From NCBI GenBank assembly GCA_965240325.2, contig OZ251223.1, positions 620,001-684,000 of the forward strand: a stretch of 64,000 nt of DNA, read 5' to 3'. This stretch comes from Rebecca billardiae RCC1528. Lineage: Eukaryota; Protista; Haptophyta. A program made the translations under genes and the position numbers. The notes beneath the pieces were generated by a model. It was not told the DNA's origin, made no database searches, and saw only the letters and a program-made list of their open reading frames with translations. Below, piece by piece: positions 56,592-64,000 of this stretch. The first letter of the stretch is position 1. Each line of letters starts with the position of its first letter.

Positions 56592-59036
56592 TCATGCTGG
56601 CGGTGGCGGCGACGATTGCTGCTGTCGTCGTGGCATTACAGCCGTGCCGCCGGGGCATACCTGTTGCAGTGTTGACGCGGTCAGACGCCCGTTGCGACGC
56701 AGCTTGTTGATTCTGGATGGCGGTTGCCCGAATTGCCTGCGCAGCTTGTAGGCCTCGCGCTCCAGCGTCTGAGTGCCATTGAACTGACCATAGCACGTGA
56801 AAGCGGCGCCCTTGACAATCGAGGCCTCACCCTGCGCCTTCAGGGTCGGGATGCGCTTGGCCAGCTTGACAATGCTCTCGCTGACGTAATTGGTGATGTT
56901 GGGCAGCAGCGTGACAATCTTGCTGGAGGTCAGCCAAGGGCCGCACATGTTCAGCTGGCGCTGCTTCGGGTACTGCGAGGGGCGATGCAAGCCCGAGGCG
57001 CGACAGCATCGCGCGCGCGCGCGTGGGCAGGAGCGCGTGAGCACATGGGCACGCGGCGCGCTCAGTGCGCGCTTACTTGCGCGCACGCTCAAGGGCGCGG
57101 CGCGCACGTAGAACACAAAGTCGATGCACATCTCCGCCTCTGACTTGAAGCCGAACGACAGCTCCTTCTCTCGCGCGATTCGCTCCGGCACGCGGTACGT
57201 GCAGTCCACCGTCCACCAGTCGCCGCGCTCGATCGTCGAGCCGGCGCCCACCGAGCGTGCCTCGGGCGCGGACGACGCGCCAAAGTCAAAGTACTCGATG
57301 CTGTCCGCGCGCTTGACGCGGCCCTTGGCGTCGTACTGCGTCGTGACCATGTGCGACCCGTAGGTGTGCATGTGCAGCCCGCGGCGGAAGATGTGCAGCG
57401 CGGGCACCTTCACCTTCTCCATCGTGCACTTGGGCGGGCACACGTACGTGAAGCGATTCAAGCCCGAGCCCACCTGCAGCCCGGCGGAGGCCACGGCCGG
57501 GTCGCCGAGCTGGAGGACGCCAACGTCGTACTTGCGCAGCTGGTCCGTCACGTAGAGGTCGACACCGGACGAGTCGTACACCTCCGCGCCCGGCGCGATC
57601 TCGTAGTGGAACTGCAGTGGTGGGAGGGATCGGGCGCGGGGGGCAGCAGCACGGCATCCGGGCGGAGGCGAGGCGTCCATTGGTGGGTGGCAGCGCCCGG
57701 TTGGAGCCACACGGCATCAAGCCCTGTTGACAGCCTTGGGCTGATGCTCGGAGCGCCCGGCGCGGAAGTCCGAGCCGCGCGCGGCGCAGACGGCACGCGC
57801 GCGCGTCGCGGGCCGCGGCCGCACCTGCAGCGTGAACGAGCGGTAGTGCTTGTCGCCCGCGCGGATCCCCGCCTCGGCGGGCGTGATCAGCGGCCCGACG
57901 CCCTTCGTCCAGAACCAGAGGTCGTCGGCAAAGTACTCGCTCACCATCTTGATGCACGGGGCCTCCGAGCCCTTGAAGCCAAAGTGGTGAATCACGTTCA
58001 CGTTCTCCTTCGGCTCGATGTGCGCGTCGATCGCCACGATGTGCACCGACTGCCCCTTGAGCAGCCCAGACACCGCCTTCGCGTCGAAGCACACGTTCGT
58101 GTACATGGCCGCCGAGTCCTGCGCCATGCGCTGCACGCGCTTGTGCTGGCTGGCCAGCGTGACGACGCGCACGCTCGGGTCGGCCTTGAGGTTGGCGAGC
58201 GGGTCGTGCACGCAGTTGCGCGCGTGGAAGCGCAGCTGCGTCACGATCAGCGCGTCGTGGCCGTGCGCGTGCTCGCCTGGCGGAGCCTGCGCGTGCTCCG
58301 CCGAGTACGCACCCACGCCCGCCATCAGCACCACCTTGGTTGGCAGCCATGGCATCTCGCCGTCGATCTCGAAGTCACGGTCCTGCGTGCGGTCGTCCGA
58401 GCGCACGCGGCGCGCCATCTGCACGTACGCTCGGAGGCCGCCGTCCGGCGTGGGCTCGGCCCTGGCGCTCAGCAGCTGCCAGTTGGCGCACAGATCTCGG
58501 ATGAGGTGCGGCGTCTCGCGCGTGTGCGCGTCCATCAGCACGCCGGTGGACGACTGGTAGTAGGCGACGTCCGCGCCGAGCATGCGCCCAGCCTCGCCAA
58601 GGCCGAAGAGGATCCACCACCCCTTGCTCCGTGCGAGCGCGGCGGTGCTGTTGTCGAAGCGAGCGACGAGCATGAGCGCGATGGATCTGTTGCCGCACGC
58701 CGTGCGCTCGGGCTGCCGTGGCGGCTCGCCGAGGGGGCGCTGTCGCGCCTTGGACGCGGACGTGGTACTTTTAGGCGATGTGGACCAACCCATGGCGAGC
58801 TCTCTGCCGTGGCCTCGCAACCGTGGCGGCAGCGCGTGATGCACCTTGCGCGTGACGAGACTCTGGTAGTGGCAGCTGTGCCGTGCAGATGACTCGAACG
58901 TCCAGTGCACCTCGATGCTCGGCTCATGCTGGCGCTCATACGCCGCTGCGCACGTGAACCCACGCTCCGTCGAGCGCCCAAGCGAGTCGGGCGCCGAGTG
59001 CCCCAGCAGCAGGGCGAGCAGCGCGGCGGAGACCAT
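56592..59036 (-). CDS. DOMON + copper type II ascorbate-dependent monooxygenase (DBH/MOXD1-like), copy A; exons 59036-57825, 57611-57108, 56972-56592
   Basis: Signal peptide; DOMON GWWILFGL..GRMLGAD; Cu ligands IHH, QFHY, LHMH, EMC. Confidence 0.88.
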
Positions 59037-59274
59037 GCCGCCACAACCCACCTTGCCTCCTTGTGGGCACCGGAGCTAGGACCGGCGCCCACACGTATCC
59101 TGTCACCAAAGAAATAGAGGGGGCGGTGCACACCTGTCACGCGCCTCCAATAATGTTGGGCGACGACGACGTCACGGCACGAAAGCGAATGATGAGCCAA
59201 TGAAATAATACAGGGATGAGGGCTGCGCTGCGCCGTGGGAGCGCTCCGCCAAGCCCTGCTCACAAGCACGCACG

Positions 59275-61813
59275 ATGGTTGTTGCACCGGGAGCGCTCTG
59301 GCTCCTGCTTCGAGTGCTTGGTCACGCAGCGCCCGACTCCCTTGGGCGCTCGGCCGAGCGTGGGTTCACGTGTAGTGCGGTATACACCCGCCAGCAAGAC
59401 CCGAGCATCGAGGTGCACTGGACCTTCGAACCCTTGCCGCACAGCCGGTGCGACTTTGTCTCCGAGGAGCGGCTTAGGCGCGCGCAGGCGCGTCCTCGGC
59501 CACCATCGGGCGGGCGCCGCCTTCAGACGGTGCTCACGACGGGCGGTGGCGGGCCAAGCATAGCGTCCTCGTTCAAGGAGCGGCTGGCACGCGCGCGATC
59601 GCGCTGGACGCAGAAGCGATCATCGTCTTCATCAGGCACCGCGGCTGGCGAGCCGTCGAGCGGGCCTGACCGAATCCCGATGCGCCCCACGGGCCGATTG
59701 CCGCCGCTGCCCGAGCGCACGGCGTGCGGCAAGCGCTCCATCGCGCTCATGCTCGTCGCTCGCTTCGACAACAGCACCGCCGCGCTCGCTCGGAGCAAGG
59801 GGTGGTGGATCCTCTTCGGCCTCGGCGAGGCTGGGCGCATGCTCGGCGCGGACGTCGCCTACTACCAGTCGTCCACGGGCGTGCTGATGGACGCGCACAC
59901 GCGCGAGACGCCGCACCTCATCCAAGACACGTGCGCCAACTGGCAGCTGCTGAGCGCCAGGGCCGAGCCTACGCCGGACGGCGGCCTCCGAGCGTACGTG
60001 CAGATGGCGCGCCGCGTGCGCTCGGACGACCGCACGCAGGACCGTGACTTCGAGATCGACGGCGAGATGCCATGGCTGCCGACCAAGGTGGTGCTGATGG
60101 CGGGCGTGGGTGCGTACTCGGCGGAGCACGCGCAGGCTCCGCCAGGCGCGCACGCGCACGGCCGCGACGCGCTGATCGTGACGCAGCTGCGCTTCCACGC
60201 GCGCAACTGCGTGCACGACCCGCTCGCCAACCTCAAGGCCGACCCGAGCGTGCGCGTCGTCACGCTGGCCAGCCAGCACAAGCGCGTGCAGCGCATGACT
60301 CAGGACTCACCCGGCATGTACACGAACGTGTGCTTCGACGCGAAGGCCGTGTCGGGGCTGCTGCAGGGGCAGTCGGTGCACGTCGTGGCGATCGACGCGC
60401 ACATCGAGCCGAAGGAGAACGTGAACGTGATCCACCACTTTGGCTTCAAGGGCTCGGAGGTGCCGTGCATGAAGATGGTAAGTGAGTACCTCGCGGACGA
60501 CCTCTGGTTCTGGACACAGGGCGTTGGGCCGCTGATCACGCCCGCCGAGGCGGGGATCCGCGCGGGCGAGGGCCACTACCGCTCGTTCACGCTGCAGGTG
60601 TGCCATGCGGCCCGCGGCGCGTTCGCAGCTGCCGGTTGGCGCTGGCGGCGATTGCACGGCTCACCCGTCTCCCCGCCCGCCCTTCCGCTCGCACCTCGCC
60701 GCACTATGACTATGTACTTGTTGTCACTTGTTGCCGCTCGCAGTTCCACTACGAGATCGCGCCCGGCCAGGAGGTGTACGACTCGTCCGGTGTCGACCTC
60801 TACGTGACGGACCAGCTGCGCAAGTACGACATCGGCGTCCTCCAGCTCGGCGACCCGGCAGTGGCCTCGTCCAGCCTGCCCGTGGGCGTCGGCCTCAATC
60901 GCTTCACGTACGTGTGTCCGCCCAAGTGCACGACGGAGAAGGTGAAGGTGCCCGCGCTGCACATCTTCCGCCGCGGGCTGCACATGCACACCTTCGGCGC
61001 GCACATGGTCACGACGCAGTACGACGCCAAGGGCAGCGTCAAGCGCGCGGACAGCATCGAGTACTTCGACTTTGGCGCGTCGTCCGCGCCCGAGGCACGC
61101 TCGGTGGGCGCCGGCTCGACGATCGAGCGCGGCGACTGGTGGACGGTGGACTGCACGTACCGCGTGCCGGAGAAGGTGGGGCGTCAGACACGCCTGTCTT
61201 TCGGCTTCAAGTCCGCGGCGGAGATGTGCATCGACTTTGTGTTCTACGTGCGCGCAGCGCCGACTCGCCCATGCGCGCGACCGCGCGTGATGCAGTGATC
61301 TTCTTGTTGTCGGCCGGTGTTGTCCCCACGCGCGCCCCCTCCATCTGCTCCACGCTGCGCTGCTCACAACCCCTTTTTCACGTCCCGGTGCATGGATCAT
61401 CCTCGCTGTGTGCGCAGTACCCCAAGCAGCGCCAAATGAACATGTGCGGCCCGTGGCTCAGCTCCTCAAAGATCGTCACTTTGCTGCCCAACATCACAAA
61501 GGTGGTGCCGCAGAACGTGCTCAACTTCATGAAGAGCCTGCCGCCCATGCAAGCAGAGGGCGAGGACTCTATCGTCGAAGGCACGTCGATGACATGCTGG
61601 GGTCGATACAACGGCACGCAGCGGCTGCGCAATGAGGACGCGCTGCACCGAAAGTTTGGGCGGCCGCCAGTCCTAGGGCGCCCTTCCGACAGCCTGTCGG
61701 CAGCTTCAGGAGACGCTTCGTCAGCAGCGGCGTCGTGCCGGCCATCGCCACAGCTGGCTGGGCTTGTCACACGGCCGTCGTCGACGACTGCCTCGCCATC
61801 GAGGACATCGTAG
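59275..61813 (+). CDS. DOMON + copper type II monooxygenase, copy B; exons 59275-60597, 60744-61247, 61418-61813
   Basis: Same motifs and intron positions as copy A. Confidence 0.88.
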
Positions 61814-62238
61814 TCGTAGTAGTGCTATGAGCGGGTCGGGAGACCTCGTCGGAAAACAGGATAGTGCAGACTGCGAGCTCCCCCAGCCGCCGCACCTCGT
61901 TTGAAAACGGTGTCGGCCATCAGCAGTGGGAAGCAGCTTCAACAGTAACGCTGCGACAGTGACCAAGGGTGACCAGCTTCAAATGACTACGTCGATCACA
62001 TCTTCAATCTTGATTCCTTTGATCACGTCATTCTCAATTTAGCGATTCAACTGTGAAAACGACGACGACGGACCGCCGTCAGTTAGACACCCAAAAATCA
62101 TTTGTTGTGCGTGGATTTTCATTATTCCTTTTCGGAGTCCGGCCCGGCTTCGGTAGCCGCCGCCGTCGCCCTGCTCGAGCTCGTCAGCTCGCACGACGCT
62201 GGCGCGGTGCCGGCCCCACACGAGCACGGCGCGAGCTC

Positions 62239-63240
62239 ATGACGGTGCGCACGCCGAACGGCAAGGCCGTGTCATCGCTCAAGGTGGCAGAACTGCGCGC
62301 CGAGCTCAAGAGCTTAGGGCTTCCCACAGATGGGCTCAAAGCCGTGCTCGCCGGTCGCCTGGAAGAGGCGCTCACCAGCAGCGCACAAGAGCTGGCTGCG
62401 GCGGCCCCCGAGCCCACTTCAGCTCCCGTGCCGGCGGCCGTGGACGCAAGTCGTGGTGCTGTCACCACCACGCCCGACAAAAAGCCGGCTGCCGAGGAGA
62501 AGGGGCGGCGCAGCTCCCGCGGCTCGGCGCGCAAGTCCGCGCCTGATGCTGACAAGGGCACGGCCACGCTGCAACCGGCAGCTGCACCTGCAGCGGCAGA
62601 CTCGGCGCCACCGAGTCACGCCGCGTCGGCAGTACCCGCTGAGGCCGCACCAGCAGCACCAACGCCAGCCAAGGCCCCGCCCTCGCAGCCCGCGGCTGAG
62701 CGCCCCGCGACCGAATCGGCCGTGGCCGCGCAGCCGCACCGGGCGCAGGAGCCAGCAGATGGGACTGCCGTCCCAAGCATGAGCTCGGAACCAGCTGCCG
62801 TGCCCTCGCAGGCTGCCCCTGCCGCTGCGATGACCAAGAAAGTGCCTGCTCCGGCTTCCGAGCCCACGGCGGCGCAGCCGCAGCCCGGCACGACGGGCAG
62901 CAAGCGCCCAGCACCTGCGGCGGCAGGAGCTCCGGATGCAGCCATGCCGGCGGCGGCGTCAGACTGGGTGACGCAGTGGGACCCGAAACATGGGTGCGTC
63001 TACTACTTCAACACGCGCACCAAGGAGAGCACGTGGGCGGCCCCGCCGACGCTCGCCCCACCCGGCGCTGGCGCAGGACACGTGAGCCAGCCTCCGCAGC
63101 TCCCGGCCCCGCCTCCGCAGCCGGCACCGAAACGAGCACGCGCGGATGCTGCGCATGGGAAGCCGGCGTCGGAGGAGTATCGCGAGAGCTTCCGCGAGTA
63201 CATGGCGAGATACCAGGCATCGCTCGCAGAACGCAGCTAG
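62239..63240 (+). CDS. SAP-domain + WW-domain protein
   Basis: LKVAELRAELKSLGLPTDGLKAVLAGRL (SAP); WVTQWDPKHGCVYYFNTRTKESTWAAP (WW). Confidence 0.88.
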   Translation: MTVRTPNGKAVSSLKVAELRAELKSLGLPTDGLKAVLAGRLEEALTSSAQELAAAAPEPTSAPVPAAVDASRGAVTTTPDKKPAAEEKGRRSSRGSARKSAPDADKGTATLQPAAAPAAADSAPPSHAASAVPAEAAPAAPTPAKAPPSQPAAERPATESAVAAQPHRAQEPADGTAVPSMSSEPAAVPSQAAPAAAMTKKVPAPASEPTAAQPQPGTTGSKRPAPAAAGAPDAAMPAAASDWVTQWDPKHGCVYYFNTRTKESTWAAPPTLAPPGAGAGHVSQPPQLPAPPPQPAPKRARADAAHGKPASEEYRESFREYMARYQASLAERS

Positions 63241-63808
63241 GAACTGGCTGGCGCTCGCGTCTCCCTGTCTGCAGCTCCCCCGTGATCTCCGGTGCAGCGG
63301 GGCTGCGACCGCCACATCACACCTGGGAACGCGCGCATTTCAAAACGCACTCGTCCCACGTCCTCCCTCCTTTTCGCGCGTGCTCCTCGTGTCCATAGCC
63401 GCCCAACCTGGGACCGGTGGGCAGATTGGCGCCCACGACTCGCACGTGACTCTGGCAGCCGCGACCGTGCGCAGCGGCCACCGGACACCATGCGTCCGAA
63501 GGCTCTGACTGCCTGACTCTTCTGCGCCGTGGCCTGCGGGATCGCGGAGAGCCGGAGAGCCCGGAGACGTCAGTCAGACGCGGCGCAGGTAGTCGGTCAA
63601 TGCCGTCAATGTGATCGATCACCGTCACTGAGCTCAGGCACGCATCAGACATCAATCAGTCTGTTCTCAGACATCACGTGACTCACGTAGACGTAGTTCA
63701 GATTAAATAAGTTCACGTAGTAGTAATAAGCTACCGCGATCAAATATATATATATATATCAATATTATGATGATGATGATCATCCGGCCTCAATTATTAT
63801 TATTAATA

Positions 63809-64000
63809 TTAACCGTCGGCGTCGGAATCGGGCGAATCGGCGTCGTCGTCACCGCGATGCCGACGTGTGCGGCGGTGGCGCTCATGATGGTGATGATGTC
63901 TCCTGCGGCTGTCATCGTCGGCCGCCTCAGCGCTCGTCGCATCATCATCGCTGTCCATGTCGAATCGGCCGGTAGCATTGCCGAGCTGCGAAAGAGGCGG
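63809..64000 (-). CDS. Possible 3' end of a gene running off the window (acidic/His-Arg tail)
   Basis: Open frame ...MDSDDDATSAEAADDDSRRHHHHHERHRR...DADG then TAA and an AT-rich tract. Confidence 0.35.
   Translation of the reverse strand, partial: PPLSQLGNATGRFDMDSDDDATSAEAADDDSRRRHHHHHERHRRTRRHRGDDDADSPDSDADG

Noticed and set aside
1-64000. Hundreds of overlapping Arg/Ala/Pro-rich ORFs in alternative frames and on the antisense strand
   Set aside because: Expected shadow ORFs in very GC-rich DNA; no motifs, and they overlap better-supported genes

Overview
Very GC-rich eukaryotic nuclear DNA with short GC-rich GT-AG introns and several signal+transit bipartite presequences. This points to a secondary-plastid alga, probably a haptophyte (inference only). 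About 22 protein genes are supportable: sulfotransferase, PCCB, a chimeric methyltransferase-like ORF, FANCM-like helicase, membrane metzincin, metallophosphoesterase, WD40, AXDND1-like EF-hand protein, a repeat protein, MATE, ABC-F, GT25, RFWD3-like, F-box, ankyrin, MFS, NHA-type antiporter, an inverted pair of DOMON-copper monooxygenases and a SAP-WW protein. Highlights: (1) a hidden selenoprotein gene at 34822-35469, with an in-frame TGA and a canonical eukaryotic SECIS about 95 nt after the true stop, encoding a probably plastid-targeted membrane protein; (2) a 3.2-kb P/Galileo-like transposon with ~460-bp TIRs and a 7-bp TSD that splits an F-box gene; (3) three tandem Helentron-like units with different cargo; (4) an ORF that has captured a homoserine-kinase N-terminus. 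Exon coordinates were read by eye and may be off by a few bases. No database searches were run.
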